In this document: positions 38,257 through 49,320 of the stretch, one piece after another
How positions within the stretch are numbered: the first letter of the stretch is position 1
Layout: each line of letters opens with the position of its first letter
DNA from: Nitrosopumilus sp.
GTDB lineage: Archaea > Thermoproteota > Nitrososphaeria > Nitrososphaerales > Nitrosopumilaceae
NCBI GenBank assembly: GCA_965205425.1
Contig: CBDBGZ010000004.1
Coordinates: 64,001 to 128,000 of the forward strand
DNA: 64,000 nt
Direction: 5' to 3'
Translations under genes and position numbers: made by a program
Notes under the pieces: model-generated
Seen by the model: only the letters and a program-made list of their open reading frames with translations
Database searches by the model: none
Told to the model about the DNA's origin: nothing

Positions 38257-39540
38257 ATGGGAATTAGAATAGTAATTTTTATTCTGTTCATAGTACCCGC
38301 TAATTTGATATTATTGTCGTTAATTCCCGCATCATACGCTCAAGAATATCCAGAATTTGGAATAAAAATAGAAGTTGTTGCAGATAATCTAACTATTCCT
38401 TGGAGTATAGATTGGTTACCAGATGGAACAACACTATTTACTGAAAGGAATGGCCATCTCAGAATTATTCAACATGGAATATTGTTAGAAGAACCTCTTC
38501 TATCATTAGGTGTTGGTGGAGTTGAAGGAGGAATGTTAGGAATTACAGTTGATCCAAACTATTCTGAAAACAATTACATTTACTTGTATTACACATACAA
38601 TGAACTACTATCAACATACAACAAACTTGTACGCTATCAATTAACTGAAGATGTTTTAGTTGAAAATAAAATACTATTAGATAAAATTCCAGGAGGACCA
38701 TTTCATGATGGAGGAAGAATTCAATTTGGTCCAGATGGTAAACTATACGTTACAACAGGGGAAGCAGGGTTACCAAACTTATCACAAGATTTGAATTCAT
38801 TGGGAGGGAAAATATTAAGAATCAATTCAGACGGAACAATACCTAACGATAACCCGTGGAAAAATTCTCCAATTTACTCCATAGGACATAGGAATCCACA
38901 AGGTATTGATTGGGATGATTCAGGAAATTTGTTTGCAACTGAACATGGGCCATCAGGTTTGAGAGGAGTTGCTCATGATGAAGTAAATAGAATAATTGCA
39001 GGTGCAAACTACGGTTGGCCAGACATCATAGGAGATGAAGAAAAAGAAAATCTACTAAATCCCATTTTACATTCAGGTGATGATACTTGGGCCCCTTCAG
39101 GAGCTGAATTCTATGAAAGCAATAAAATTCCTCAATGGGAAGGAAAATATTTTGTTGCCACATTACGCGGAAGTCACTTACATATGATTGAATTTGATTT
39201 AGAAAATAATTCAATAAACTCTCACGAGAAATTATTCCAAAATGAATTTGGAAGATTAAGAGATGTGCAAACAGGTCCAGATGGATTTTTGTATATTCTC
39301 ACTAGTAATCAAGATGGTAGAGGAACTCCAAAAGTAAATGATGATAAAATACTAAGGATCATGCCCATAGATTACAAGATACCGTCCAAGTATTATACAC
39401 TAAATGATCCGAACCCAATAGATTTTAGAGAACCTAGAGGTCATGTAGGTGAACTTTATGTATTTGCAGGAATAGGTTTGGTAGGACTGATAATTGGTTT
39501 TATTATAATTAAAAAACTAAAAAATAGAAACAAGCAATAG
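38257..39540 (+). CDS. PQQ-dependent sugar (glucose/sorbosone) dehydrogenase family protein
   Basis: HDGGRIQFGPDGKLY, GHRNPQG, NYGWP, GRLRDV motifs; N- and C-terminal TM segments. Confidence 0.92.
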   Translation: MGIRIVIFILFIVPANLILLSLIPASYAQEYPEFGIKIEVVADNLTIPWSIDWLPDGTTLFTERNGHLRIIQHGILLEEPLLSLGVGGVEGGMLGITVDPNYSENNYIYLYYTYNELLSTYNKLVRYQLTEDVLVENKILLDKIPGGPFHDGGRIQFGPDGKLYVTTGEAGLPNLSQDLNSLGGKILRINSDGTIPNDNPWKNSPIYSIGHRNPQGIDWDDSGNLFATEHGPSGLRGVAHDEVNRIIAGANYGWPDIIGDEEKENLLNPILHSGDDTWAPSGAEFYESNKIPQWEGKYFVATLRGSHLHMIEFDLENNSINSHEKLFQNEFGRLRDVQTGPDGFLYILTSNQDGRGTPKVNDDKILRIMPIDYKIPSKYYTLNDPNPIDFREPRGHVGELYVFAGIGLVGLIIGFIIIKKLKNRNKQ

Positions 39541-39557
39541 ACATTTCAAGAATATTT

Positions 39558-39677
39558 TTAACAATTAATTGGAATGTTTGAATTTTTACATAGAGTATTA
39601 TACATACCAAATCCAATTATGATTGCAGCAAAAGTTGCTAAAGGGACTAGAAGGAAAAAATTTGTTTTACGACCCAT
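39558..39677 (-). CDS. 39-aa single-TM peptide
   Basis: MGRKTNFFLLVPLATFAAIIIGFGMYNTLCKNSNIPINC. Confidence 0.5.
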   Translation of the reverse strand: MGRKTNFFLLVPLATFAAIIIGFGMYNTLCKNSNIPINC

Positions 39678-39716
39678 GAATAAAATTAAAACATGGCCTA
39701 TAAAATTGTCACAGTA

Positions 39717-40136
39717 TTATTCAACAGTAATAGTAAATATACCACGAGTTTTTGGATCTTGTAATTGTTTCACCATACTTCTAGGTAGCAAATCTGAAGC
39801 TTTGTCACATTTTACTGCTAATGTGCGTGGACAGATAAAATTACTTTTTCTAATTACAATATCTTCAGTATGAGTTAGAATAAGATCAGGATGACCTTTA
39901 CCTTCCAATACAAAGTCTTCGGCTCCCACTTTAATTGAAAATGTAACTTTAGAATCAGGGGTTCTAAGTTTGTTTTTTAATTCTTCAGATAAATCAGCAC
40001 AGCTAGATTTTGCATTTACGCCAACTATACAATCACCTCTAGGAGTCAAATGAGATTCTTTGGTAATCTCAATAGTTTTTTGATGATTAGACCGAATATT
40101 CTCATGACCTGAAAATTTTATTTCAAACTTCATCAA
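39717..40136 (-). CDS. DUF371 domain protein
   Basis: GHENI...H.KTIEITKE..LTPRGDCIVGV. Confidence 0.88.
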   Translation of the reverse strand: MMKFEIKFSGHENIRSNHQKTIEITKESHLTPRGDCIVGVNAKSSCADLSEELKNKLRTPDSKVTFSIKVGAEDFVLEGKGHPDLILTHTEDIVIRKSNFICPRTLAVKCDKASDLLPRSMVKQLQDPKTRGIFTITVE

Positions 40137-40267
40137 TCCATCATAAATCCAGTTTCAAATTAAGGTTTGATAAACAAAATTCTAAAGTATGTAGGCTCCG
40201 ATCAAACTATAATTCACTCTCAATTATGGGCATGGTTTAAATTGTATAATCAAAGCATTGCAATCAA

Positions 40268-41005
40268 ATGCTTCCTGCACAACAAGGTTACGATAGAGCA
40301 ATTACAGTATTCTCACCAGATGGTAGACTATACCAAGTAGAATATGCAATTGAAACTGTAAGAAGAGGAACCGTAGCAGTGGGAGTAAAATGTAAAGAAG
40401 GTATTGTTATTGCAGTTGAAGAGAAACCAAGAAAATTACAGATTTCCGAAACAGCACAAAAAATATTCCAGATTGATGAGCATGTAGGAGTAGCTGCTGC
40501 AGGATACATTCCAGATGCAAGAAGTCAAGTTGACAATGCAAGATTCTTTTCTCAAAGTAACAAAATGATTTATGATGAACCAGTTGAAGTTGAAACAATT
40601 GCTAAACATTTAGCAGATCAATGTCAACAATATACACAATATGCAGGTGTGAGACCTTATGGTGTTGCATTAATTCTTGGCGGAGTTGTAAATGGTAAAC
40701 CGGAATTATATCTAACCGATCCTAGTGGAACATACATCTCTTATGATGCAATAGCAATTGGTTCTGGTTCAGATACGGTAACTGACTTTTTAGAAAAAAC
40801 ATACAAAGAAGATCTATCACTTGATGACGCTGCAACATTAGCATCTGCAGGAATATATCTTTCAAGTGAAGACAAAGAAGGAACAAGTCACATCAGGATG
40901 GCATACATTAAGAAAGAAAGTGGATTGTATGAATTAGTTACAGATGAACAGATTACAAAATATGCAAATGCTGCTAAAGAAAAATACCCACACGAGCAAA
41001 AATAA
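40268..41005 (+). CDS. psmA: Proteasome subunit alpha
   Basis: YDRAITVFSPDGRLYQVEYA. Confidence 0.97.
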   Translation: MLPAQQGYDRAITVFSPDGRLYQVEYAIETVRRGTVAVGVKCKEGIVIAVEEKPRKLQISETAQKIFQIDEHVGVAAAGYIPDARSQVDNARFFSQSNKMIYDEPVEVETIAKHLADQCQQYTQYAGVRPYGVALILGGVVNGKPELYLTDPSGTYISYDAIAIGSGSDTVTDFLEKTYKEDLSLDDAATLASAGIYLSSEDKEGTSHIRMAYIKKESGLYELVTDEQITKYANAAKEKYPHEQK

Positions 41006-41036
41006 TTATTTAAAGTGCCTGTGAGATTAAATTACA

Positions 41037-41843
41037 TTGAAAATATCTGTTGCAATCCCTGAGTCTTCGTTATCAGATGAATCACTAAAAATTGACAAAA
41101 CTAGGAAAATTTCAGTTCTAGCAAGAGCTTGTGCAATTTTTAAAATTGATACAATCTACGTATATCAAGAAGGAGGTAAAAAAACAGACCCAGGATTAAT
41201 GGTGATGATTCTAAAATATTTGGAGACACCACAATTCCTTAGAAGAAGGTTATTTCCAAAGATGAATGATTTAAAATTTGCAGGAGTATTACATCCATTA
41301 AGAATTCCAAGCCATGTAACACCTGTAAACTCAAAAAAAATCAAAGCAGGAGACATCAGAGAAGGCATCGTAGTAAGTTCAAAGGGGAAAAAATTTGTAG
41401 ATGTAGGAATAAACCAATTAATTCAATATTATGGAAATGCTTCAACTGGAAAAAGAGTTACAATAAGATTCAAAGAGGGATATCCTAAATTATCAATTAA
41501 AGATATTGAAAAAAATGAGGTTCCAAGCTATTGGGGATATTCGGTTAAAGAAAGAGCAAATTTGTTTTCAATATTATCAGAATGGAAAGGAAACATCATC
41601 ATAACTTCAAGGAAAGGAAAACCAGTAACAAATGAAACATTATCAAAGTATACAAAATCAAGTGAATCAACACTAGTTGTATTTGGATCACCTGAAAAAG
41701 GAGTTCATGAAATCATTGGTGGAAGAATGAATAAGGTTCAGAATGCAAAATCACTAAACTTTTTCCCAAATCAAGCTACTGAAACGGTACGTCTAGAAGA
41801 AGCATTGTTAGGAACTTTGGCAATAATTAATGCTCAAAGTTAG
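41037..41843 (+). CDS. SPOUT RNA methyltransferase (DUF171 type)
   Basis: ARACAIF, YLETPQFLR, PNQATETVRLEEA motifs; sits before rpl3. Confidence 0.88.
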   Translation: MKISVAIPESSLSDESLKIDKTRKISVLARACAIFKIDTIYVYQEGGKKTDPGLMVMILKYLETPQFLRRRLFPKMNDLKFAGVLHPLRIPSHVTPVNSKKIKAGDIREGIVVSSKGKKFVDVGINQLIQYYGNASTGKRVTIRFKEGYPKLSIKDIEKNEVPSYWGYSVKERANLFSILSEWKGNIIITSRKGKPVTNETLSKYTKSSESTLVVFGSPEKGVHEIIGGRMNKVQNAKSLNFFPNQATETVRLEEALLGTLAIINAQS

Positions 41844-41850
41844 AATGAAT

Positions 41851-41961
41851 ATGGCTGAAAGGAAAAATTTTTTGTTGTTGGCTATCGGTTTAGGAGTAGT
41901 TGGGATCATAATTGGAGGATATACAATTTGGAACTCGGCCTCAGAGTTATTTTTACCGTGA
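41851..41961 (+). CDS. 36-aa single-TM peptide
   Basis: MAERKNFLLLAIGLGVVGIIIGGYTIWNSASELFLP. Confidence 0.5.
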   Translation: MAERKNFLLLAIGLGVVGIIIGGYTIWNSASELFLP

Positions 41962-42054
41962 TAAATTAGGCATAGATGGTTAACCTTAACAAAATAAATG
42001 GTTAACGATACCTCACATGGTTTAATAGAGGGAATTCGATGATTCGTTTTAATC

Positions 42055-43050
42055 ATGGGAGCTCGAAAACGACATTCACCACGTAGAGGAAGTCTTGCAT
42101 ACTCACCTAGAGTACGTGCACGAAGTATGGAAGCAAGAATTAGAGCTTGGCCAAAATTATCTACAACAGATGAACCAAAAATTTTAGCACATTGTGGTTT
42201 CAAAGCAGGTTGTGTTCAAGTTGTCAGTATTGATGATCGTGACAAAGTACCAAATGCAGGAAAACAGCTTGTAAGTCTTGGAACAGTACTTGTGACTCCA
42301 CCAGTTTTGATTTTAGGAATCAGAGGATATTCAAAAGATCATGAGGGTAAACATGCAGAGTTTGACGTATATGCTGAAGATATTCCAAAAAATATTGCAA
42401 AAGAAATTACAATTAAAAATACTGCAGGTTCAATTGAGAATGCAGAATCAAGATTAAGAAAAATAAAAGAAATTTACGCAATTGTTGCAGTTTCTCCAAG
42501 AGCTGCAGGATTAGAAATGAAGAAACCATATATCTTTGAAGCAATGGTTAGTGGAGGAGATATTGAAAAACAATTTGCACATGTTAAAGAATCACTAGGA
42601 AAAGAAATTAAAATTGATCAAATTTTTGAAACTGGTGCAACTGTTGATGTTGCAGCAATTACAAAAGGTCATGGATGGCAAGGTACAATGAGAAGATGGG
42701 GGGTAAAGAAGAAACAACACAAATCTAGAAAAACAGTTAGAGAAGTTGGTTCATTAGGTCCTATCTCACCACAAAGTGTCATGTATACAGTTCCTAGATC
42801 AGGACAAACCGGTTTCCATCAAAGAGTAGAGTATGACAAACGAATTTTGATTATGGGCAATACTGAATCAGATGAAATTAAAATTAATCCTGAAGGAGGA
42901 TACAAACACTTTGGTCTAGTCAAAGGAGATTTCATTATTCTAAAAGGCTCAGTTCCAGGAACATACAAGAGATTAATCAAACTAAGAAGTCAAATTAGAA
43001 ATGCTCCAGCTAAAGTTAACAAGCCAAACATTTTGGAGGTTGTAGTATAA
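42055..43050 (+). CDS. rpl3: 50S ribosomal protein L3
   Basis: PRRGSL, FKAG, TKGHG motifs. Confidence 0.97.
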   Translation: MGARKRHSPRRGSLAYSPRVRARSMEARIRAWPKLSTTDEPKILAHCGFKAGCVQVVSIDDRDKVPNAGKQLVSLGTVLVTPPVLILGIRGYSKDHEGKHAEFDVYAEDIPKNIAKEITIKNTAGSIENAESRLRKIKEIYAIVAVSPRAAGLEMKKPYIFEAMVSGGDIEKQFAHVKESLGKEIKIDQIFETGATVDVAAITKGHGWQGTMRRWGVKKKQHKSRKTVREVGSLGPISPQSVMYTVPRSGQTGFHQRVEYDKRILIMGNTESDEIKINPEGGYKHFGLVKGDFIILKGSVPGTYKRLIKLRSQIRNAPAKVNKPNILEVVV

Positions 43051-43862
43051 TGAAGACAACAGCATTTACAACTACAGGAACAAAAGACACAGAAGTAGAA
43101 CTTCCATTAATTTTCTCAACTCCATATAGAAGAGAGTTGATTCACAAAGCTTTCACTAATCTAACATCTCACAAATTCCAAAAACAAGGAAGAAAACCAA
43201 TGGCAGGTATGGATGTAGTAGCAGATTCTAATGATCCTCCAACAGGTCAAGGTGTCTCCCGTGTTGCAAGAATGCAAGGTGGCGGTGGTGGAAGACAAGG
43301 GCAAGGAGCAGAAGTTGCATCAACTAGAGGTGGAAGACAAGCTCACCCTCCAATTGTAGAGAAAGTAATTTACAAGAAATTAAACAAAAAAGAGAACAAA
43401 TTAGCATTATGTTCCGCCATTGCAGCAACTGCATCTAAAGATCTTGTAGAACAAAGAGGCCACAAAATTAATGGTATAGATTCATTCCCAATTATAGTAT
43501 CTGATGATATTGAATCAATTTCCAAAACAAGTGAAATTAACAAAGTTCTAGACTCTTTGAAATTATCACAAGACGTAAAAAGATTAGATGCAAGAAGAAT
43601 ACGTTCAGGACAATCAAGATTAAGAGGTAGAACTAAAAAAGTTGGAAAAAGTGTATTATTTGTAACATCTGATTCTTCTAATTTATCAAAAGCAGCCGGA
43701 GCAATTCCAGGTGTCGAAGTAAGAAATGTTAAAGAATTAAGTGTACTAGATTTAGCCCCAGGCTCAGATCCAATTAGATTAACGGTATATTCCAAATCTG
43801 CAATAAAGGAGATTGGAAAAATAAAATCAACACATCTTGAAGTTATGGTGAAATCACAATGA
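43050..43862 (+). CDS. rpl4: 50S ribosomal protein L4
   Basis: TRGGRQAHPP, LDLAPG. Confidence 0.97.
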   Translation: MKTTAFTTTGTKDTEVELPLIFSTPYRRELIHKAFTNLTSHKFQKQGRKPMAGMDVVADSNDPPTGQGVSRVARMQGGGGGRQGQGAEVASTRGGRQAHPPIVEKVIYKKLNKKENKLALCSAIAATASKDLVEQRGHKINGIDSFPIIVSDDIESISKTSEINKVLDSLKLSQDVKRLDARRIRSGQSRLRGRTKKVGKSVLFVTSDSSNLSKAAGAIPGVEVRNVKELSVLDLAPGSDPIRLTVYSKSAIKEIGKIKSTHLEVMVKSQ

Positions 43863-44125
43863 ATGTAGATCAAGCAATGAAAATAATCATCAAGCCATAC
43901 ATTACTGAGAAAACATTTGCAATGGTTGAGAACGAAAGCAAAATTTGTTTCATAGTAGAAATATCCGCTAATAAATCAGAAATTTCAGAAGCAGTCAAGA
44001 CACTTTACAAAGAAAATGTCAAAAAAGTAAACACTGCAAGAACAATTTACGGCAAAAAAGCTTTTGTTCAGTTTGAAAATACCGAAAAGGCCAGAGATTT
44101 GGCAACAAAGATAGGAATGCTATAA
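43859..44125 (+). CDS. rpl23: 50S ribosomal protein L23
   Basis: PYITEK, KKAFV. Confidence 0.96.
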   Translation: MNVDQAMKIIIKPYITEKTFAMVENESKICFIVEISANKSEISEAVKTLYKENVKKVNTARTIYGKKAFVQFENTEKARDLATKIGML

Positions 44126-44169
44126 TATGGACCATAAAACTCGAAGTACACTAACAGAGGAGAAGAGAG

Positions 44170-44565
44170 ATGGTTAAAGAATTTTTATACAGAGGAATTC
44201 CAAAAGAGGAACTAGATAGTCTGTCACTTGAAAAATTATTCTTATTATTTAATTCTAGACAAAGACGATCACTTACAAGAGGAATTACAGATGGAAAAAG
44301 AAAGCTAATTGAAGAAATTAAAGCCACAAAAGCAGGCAAATTAAAGAACCCCATCAAGACTCACATTAGAGAATTGATTATTCTACCATACATGGTAGGA
44401 GTTACAGTAAACACATTCTCAGGAAAAGAATTCCAACCAGTTACCATTACAACTGAAATGATTGGACATTATTTGGGAGAATATGTAATAACAAACAAGA
44501 GAGTTTCACACGGTGCCCCAGGTGTAGGTGCATCAAGATCCAGTCTCTACGTGCCACTGAAGTGA
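44170..44565 (+). CDS. rps19: 30S ribosomal protein S19
   Basis: KTHIR, MIGHYLGE. Confidence 0.97.
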   Translation: MVKEFLYRGIPKEELDSLSLEKLFLLFNSRQRRSLTRGITDGKRKLIEEIKATKAGKLKNPIKTHIRELIILPYMVGVTVNTFSGKEFQPVTITTEMIGHYLGEYVITNKRVSHGAPGVGASRSSLYVPLK

Positions 44566-44570
44566 TTATT

Positions 44571-45029
44571 ATGGGTAGATTCGATTACGCTTTCCAAAAT
44601 TATGACCCAACAAGACACGTACGTTCTTCACTACGTGAAAAAGATATTTCACACAAACATGCACGTGAAGTTGCAGTTTCCATTAAAGGATTATCGATTG
44701 AAAAAGCAAGAGATTACCTCATCGCAGTAATTGATAAAAAAAGAGTAGTTCCATTTAGAAGATATAAAAATCAAGTAGGACACAAACCAGACCCAGGAGT
44801 AATGTCTGGACGTTATCCACAAAAAACAGCAAAAGAATTCATCAAAGTTTTAGATAATTTAGAATCAAATGCAGAATACAAAGGAATGGATTTAGATAGA
44901 TTAAGAATTGTAAATGCAACTGTTCACAAAGGAGTAGTTGTAAAAAGATTTATTCCAAGAGCAATGGGAAGAGCAACTCCGAAGAACAATGTATTAACAC
45001 ATGTGGAATTGGTGGCAAAGGAGATTTAG
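44571..45029 (+). CDS. rpl22: 50S ribosomal protein L22
   Basis: GRYPQK, PRAMGRA. Confidence 0.97.
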   Translation: MGRFDYAFQNYDPTRHVRSSLREKDISHKHAREVAVSIKGLSIEKARDYLIAVIDKKRVVPFRRYKNQVGHKPDPGVMSGRYPQKTAKEFIKVLDNLESNAEYKGMDLDRLRIVNATVHKGVVVKRFIPRAMGRATPKNNVLTHVELVAKEI

Positions 45030-45031
45030 AA

Positions 45032-45820
45032 ATGTCAGCAGTAAAAAATGTAATTAAAGATAACTACAACATGATGCTACTCAAAGATTATCTTAGAGAA
45101 GCAATCAAAGATGCAGGTTTCTCACATGCAGAAATTTCAAAAACACCAGTAGGAACTAGAGTTGCATTACATGTTACAAGACCAGGCATTGTAATCGGAA
45201 GAAAAGGTTCTGGAATTAGAGCACTTACAGATAAACTAGCAACAGACTTTGGATTAAAGAACCCACAAATTTCAGTTGTTGAAATAGAAAAACCAGAACT
45301 TGCACCAAGTGTAATGTGTAATAGAATGGCATCACATCTTGAAAGAGGAACTGCCTTTAGAAGAGCAACAATGTGGACTTTGAAACAAATTATGGAAGGT
45401 GGAGCAATGGGAGTTCAAATAACAATATCAGGTAAACTCAGAGGTGACCGTTCTGCATTTGAAAAACACACTCAGGGAATTTTACCAAGAGCAGGACATC
45501 ATGCAGAAATTGTAGTAGATGAAGACATTGCACATGTAAAAACTGCAATGGGATTAATTGGCATTAGAATTAGAATTGCTAGAAAAGAAAGACTTGTTCC
45601 AGAATTTGAAATGAAAGTGGAAAAAGTAAAGAAGGAAAAACAACCAAAAGAAGAAAAAATTAAAGTTGAAGAAATTGAAGTTGAAGGTTCTAAAGTTGAA
45701 GTTGTCAAAGTTGAAGGTAAAGAAGATACAGCTAAATCAGAATCAGAAAGAATTGCATTAGAAGCAAAGAAGATGGAAACTATTGAAACGTTAGAAGAAG
45801 AGGAGGCCAAAATGAAATGA
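45032..45820 (+). CDS. rps3: 30S ribosomal protein S3
   Basis: [17 protein letters not shown]; charged C-terminal tail. Confidence 0.97.
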   Translation: MSAVKNVIKDNYNMMLLKDYLREAIKDAGFSHAEISKTPVGTRVALHVTRPGIVIGRKGSGIRALTDKLATDFGLKNPQISVVEIEKPELAPSVMCNRMASHLERGTAFRRATMWTLKQIMEGGAMGVQITISGKLRGDRSAFEKHTQGILPRAGHHAEIVVDEDIAHVKTAMGLIGIRIRIARKERLVPEFEMKVEKVKKEKQPKEEKIKVEEIEVEGSKVEVVKVEGKEDTAKSESERIALEAKKMETIETLEEEEAKMK

Positions 45821-46023
45821 CCAGACTCAGTATGAATACAATTAAACAATTAAATGAAAAAGATCTTAAAAGTAAAATTCAAGAATCACGTAGTGAATTA
45901 GGCAAACTTAGAATTGATGCAGCAAAAGGAACATTAAGAAAAGAAAGTGGAAAACTAAAACCATTACGTCACGACATTGCAAGAATGCTAACACATCTAA
46001 CTGAATTAAGGAGAGAGAAATGA
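45817..46023 (+). CDS. rpl29: 50S ribosomal protein L29
   Basis: RHDIARMLT and operon position. Confidence 0.95.
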   Translation: MTRLSMNTIKQLNEKDLKSKIQESRSELGKLRIDAAKGTLRKESGKLKPLRHDIARMLTHLTELRREK

Positions 46024-46286
46024 TTACTGTAGATAACATCACTTCACACGAATTCATTGGATTAGATACGGAAATCATTGAATCTACAAATTCACAAATA
46101 ATAGGATTAAATGGAAGAATTACCAATGAAACAAAGTCTATGTTTACAATTAACACAAGAAATGGTTCAAAATCTATTGCCAAATCAACAAACAATTGGA
46201 AATTCTCAATTGAAGGAAAAGATGTTGTTGTTGATGGGAAAAGAATTGCAAAAAGACCATTTGATAGAATTGGAGGAAAACAATGA
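46020..46286 (+). CDS. rnp1: Ribonuclease P protein component 1 (Rpp29)
   Basis: HEFIGL, G.ITNETK, RPFDRI. Confidence 0.92.
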   Translation: MITVDNITSHEFIGLDTEIIESTNSQIIGLNGRITNETKSMFTINTRNGSKSIAKSTNNWKFSIEGKDVVVDGKRIAKRPFDRIGGKQ

Positions 46287-46606
46287 CTCAAAATATTGGA
46301 TTAAAAGTTAAAGAACCTACAAGAGAATGTGATGATAGAAATTGTCCATTCCACGGCGGTTTATCAGTTAGAGGTAAACTCTTTGATGGTAAAGTTACAG
46401 GGGCCAAAGCAAAACAAACTATCACATTACAAAAAGATGCACCAATTTACTTTAGCAAATTTAAGAGATATGCCAGAGGTACAAGTACTATTCACGCACA
46501 CGTTCCTGGATGCATAGATGTAGAAGCAGGAGATCATGTGTTGACTGCAGAGTGCAGACCAATCTCAAAATCAGTATCATATGTTGTTGTGGAGGTTAAA
46601 GCATAA
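46283..46606 (+). CDS. rps17: 30S ribosomal protein S17
   Basis: CPFHG, ECRPISK. Confidence 0.97.
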   Translation: MTQNIGLKVKEPTRECDDRNCPFHGGLSVRGKLFDGKVTGAKAKQTITLQKDAPIYFSKFKRYARGTSTIHAHVPGCIDVEAGDHVLTAECRPISKSVSYVVVEVKA

Positions 46607-47028
46607 TGGCAAAGCAAGCAGGTAAAGGAGTAGAAGAATTTAGACCATATGTAACTAAAGTAATTCCGGTTGGAGCAAATATTGTATGTGCAGATAATTC
46701 TGGTGCAAAAATTTTAGAAGTAATCAATGTTCCAAGACATAAAACAAGAGCATCAAGACTTCCATCAGCATCAGTTGGCGATTTCTGCAATGTTGTAGTA
46801 AAGAAAGGACCAGCAGAGTTAAGAAAACAAGTTTATGGTGCAGTAATTGTTAGACAAAAATATGCAGTTCGCAGATTAAACGGTGTAAGGGTTTGTTTTG
46901 AGGATAACGCAGCAGTACTAATTACTCCAGAAGGAGAAACAAAAGGAACAGACATCAAAGGACCAGTAGCAGCTGAAGCTTCAGAAAAATGGCCAAGAGT
47001 AGCTAACTTGGCATCAATGGTGGTATAA
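46606..47028 (+). CDS. rpl14: 50S ribosomal protein L14
   Basis: ADNSGAK, FEDNAAV. Confidence 0.97.
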   Translation: MAKQAGKGVEEFRPYVTKVIPVGANIVCADNSGAKILEVINVPRHKTRASRLPSASVGDFCNVVVKKGPAELRKQVYGAVIVRQKYAVRRLNGVRVCFEDNAAVLITPEGETKGTDIKGPVAAEASEKWPRVANLASMVV

Positions 47029-47032
47029 TAAA

Positions 47033-47500
47033 ATGAAACCAACAAAAATGCGCAATCAGATGATTTATCAGGCAACGTATGCAACTAAAAATAAACAGCT
47101 TGGAAGTAATATGTCAAAAGATCTTCAGAAAAAATATGGGAAAAGAAGTACAAGAGTTGTTGAAGGAGATAGTGTTACCATTCTAAGAGGAGAATTCAAA
47201 GGAGTTGATGGCAAAGTATCCAAAATATCTATTCCAAAAAGTAGTGTTGCAATAGAAGGAGTAAAGAAAGAAAAAACTAAAGGAGATAAATTTGATGTTT
47301 ATATTCACACATCCAATCTTGTTGTAACTTCATTAAACACAGAAGATAAATGGAGAATTGCAAAACTAGAAGGCAAAGATCCTAGAAAACAACCAAAAAC
47401 AGAAAAAGTGAAAACAGAAACCAAATCTGAGCCTGCAAAAGAAACCCCTAAAGAAACAAAAGGAGCAGATAAAGCCAAAAAAGAGGAAGATGAGAAATAA
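47033..47500 (+). CDS. rpl24: 50S ribosomal protein L24
   Basis: [16 protein letters not shown] motif, IHTSN. Confidence 0.95.
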   Translation: MKPTKMRNQMIYQATYATKNKQLGSNMSKDLQKKYGKRSTRVVEGDSVTILRGEFKGVDGKVSKISIPKSSVAIEGVKKEKTKGDKFDVYIHTSNLVVTSLNTEDKWRIAKLEGKDPRKQPKTEKVKTETKSEPAKETPKETKGADKAKKEEDEK

Positions 47501-48216
47501 TGGTAAGCATTTCAGGTAGTAAAAAACTCAAACGTCAAATGGCCCCACAATTCTGGGGAATTACCAGAAAAGATAAGAGATTTGTAATTACAGTTAAACC
47601 AGGTCCACACAAAAAGAGCTATTCCGTACCAACCGCAGTATTTCTTAGAGATATGCTAAGTATTGTAACTAGTCTAAGAGAAGCAAAAGCTTCAATTTAT
47701 TCTGGAAGAGTAAAGATTGATGGAGTTGTAAGAAAGTCACTCCATCATTCAATTGGATTAATGGATGTTGTAGAATTACAAGATGTATCAGATATTTATC
47801 GTCTAGTTCCAACTGAAGATAAACTTCTAAAACCAATTAAGATTAATGAATCAGAGAAATCTAAAAAACTGGTCAGAGTTACAAGTAAAACTACAATCAA
47901 CAAAGGAAAATTACAAATTGGATTACATGATGGTCGTTCAATTATTTCAGATACTAAAGTAAATGTTGGAGATGCATGTTTAATTCAAATTCCTGATCAA
48001 AAAATTCTTGAAATTATTAAATTAGAAAAAGGCTGTCAAGGTTTAGTTACAAGGGGTAATAACGCAGGTCAAATAGGTAAAGTTGAAACTATAGAAGAAG
48101 GAACATTCATTCTTCCAAAAAGAATTATTCTTTCATTAGATGAAAGAAAAATCGAAATTCCTGCAGATATCATTATGCCAATTGGGAAAGAGGAGCCAAT
48201 AATTCAATTAAAGTGA
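47500..48216 (+). CDS. rps4e: 30S ribosomal protein S4e
   Basis: KPGPH, IGLMDVV, LHDGR. Confidence 0.96.
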   Translation: MVSISGSKKLKRQMAPQFWGITRKDKRFVITVKPGPHKKSYSVPTAVFLRDMLSIVTSLREAKASIYSGRVKIDGVVRKSLHHSIGLMDVVELQDVSDIYRLVPTEDKLLKPIKINESEKSKKLVRVTSKTTINKGKLQIGLHDGRSIISDTKVNVGDACLIQIPDQKILEIIKLEKGCQGLVTRGNNAGQIGKVETIEEGTFILPKRIILSLDERKIEIPADIIMPIGKEEPIIQLK

Positions 48217-48220
48217 TCTT

Positions 48221-48742
48221 ATGTCTCAAGTAACAGAATCCCCAATGAAGAAAATCTCTTTAGAGAAAGTTGTTCTAAACATGGGTTTAGGAAAATCAGG
48301 CGATGTAATTAATATTGCAACAAAAGCACTAGAGCAGATTTCTGGAAAAAAGCCATCTACACGTAATGCAAAAGCAGCATACAGAGATTGGGGAGTTAGA
48401 AAAGGAGAACCAATAGGGGTTGCAGTTACAATTAGAGGTGAAGACGGAATTGCATTACTAAAAAGATTACTTGAAGCTAAAGGCAATACAGTAAACGGAA
48501 AATCATTTGATAACTTTGGAAACTTTTCGTTTGGAATTAACGAACACATCGATATACCTGGAGTAAAATATGATCCTCAAATCGGAATTTTAGGATTAGG
48601 GATTTCAATTACATTAACCAGACCAGGGTATGGAATTAGAACTCGAAGTAAACACAAAGCAAGAGTTGGAAAATCCCATGTCATTAAAAGTCAAGAAGCA
48701 AAAGATTATCTTACAAAAGAATTTGGGGTGACTGTAACATAA
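48221..48742 (+). CDS. rpl5: 50S ribosomal protein L5
   Basis: KVVLNMG, FDNFGNFSFGINEHIDIPG. Confidence 0.97.
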   Translation: MSQVTESPMKKISLEKVVLNMGLGKSGDVINIATKALEQISGKKPSTRNAKAAYRDWGVRKGEPIGVAVTIRGEDGIALLKRLLEAKGNTVNGKSFDNFGNFSFGINEHIDIPGVKYDPQIGILGLGISITLTRPGYGIRTRSKHKARVGKSHVIKSQEAKDYLTKEFGVTVT

Positions 48743-48921
48743 TGGCCAAAGATAGATCTTATGAAGCAACTGGAAGAAAGAAACACGACTTTGGACGAGG
48801 TTCAAGATGGTGTAAAAGATGTGGGGATTATACAGCAGTTATTCAAAAATATGATTTAATGTTATGTAGACGATGCTTCAGAGAAGTAGCAACATCTTTA
48901 GGGTTCAGGAAAAACAAGTGA
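48742..48921 (+). CDS. rps14: 30S ribosomal protein S14 (not in the ORF track)
   Basis: GRGSRWCKRCG...LCRRCFREVATSLGFRK. Confidence 0.96.
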   Translation: MAKDRSYEATGRKKHDFGRGSRWCKRCGDYTAVIQKYDLMLCRRCFREVATSLGFRKNK

Positions 48922-48927
48922 GATAAC

Positions 48928-49320
48928 ATGCCAGCAACAAACATCTTAGCAAATCTATTTGTCACGCTTTACAACAATGAAGCAAGAAGGAAATCAGATT
49001 GTGTTATTCTTCCAACATCAAAATTAGGAATTGAGGTTCTAAAGACATTACAAAAAGATGGTTACATTGGAGAATTTGAACATATTGATGATAAAAGAGG
49101 TGGAAAATTCAAAATAAAACTATTAGCAAAAATTAACAAATGCGGTGCAATATCCCCAAGATTCAAAGTTAAAAATGATGAATACAATAGTTGGGAACAA
49201 CAATATTTGCCAGCATATGACAGAGGAATGCTTCTTGTAACAACAAATCAAGGAGTAATGTCTCATCACGATGCAACACAAAAAGGAATTGGAGGATTTT
49301 TGATAGGGTATGTCTACTAA
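48928..49320 (+). CDS. rps8: 30S ribosomal protein S8
   Basis: GYIGEFE, ISPRF, TTNQGVMSH. Confidence 0.97.
   Translation: MPATNILANLFVTLYNNEARRKSDCVILPTSKLGIEVLKTLQKDGYIGEFEHIDDKRGGKFKIKLLAKINKCGAISPRFKVKNDEYNSWEQQYLPAYDRGMLLVTTNQGVMSHHDATQKGIGGFLIGYVY

Noticed and set aside
44126..44169. Absence of rpl2 between rpl23 and rps19
   Set aside because: To my knowledge rpl2 is located elsewhere in this lineage; no remnant or scar suggests a recent loss.
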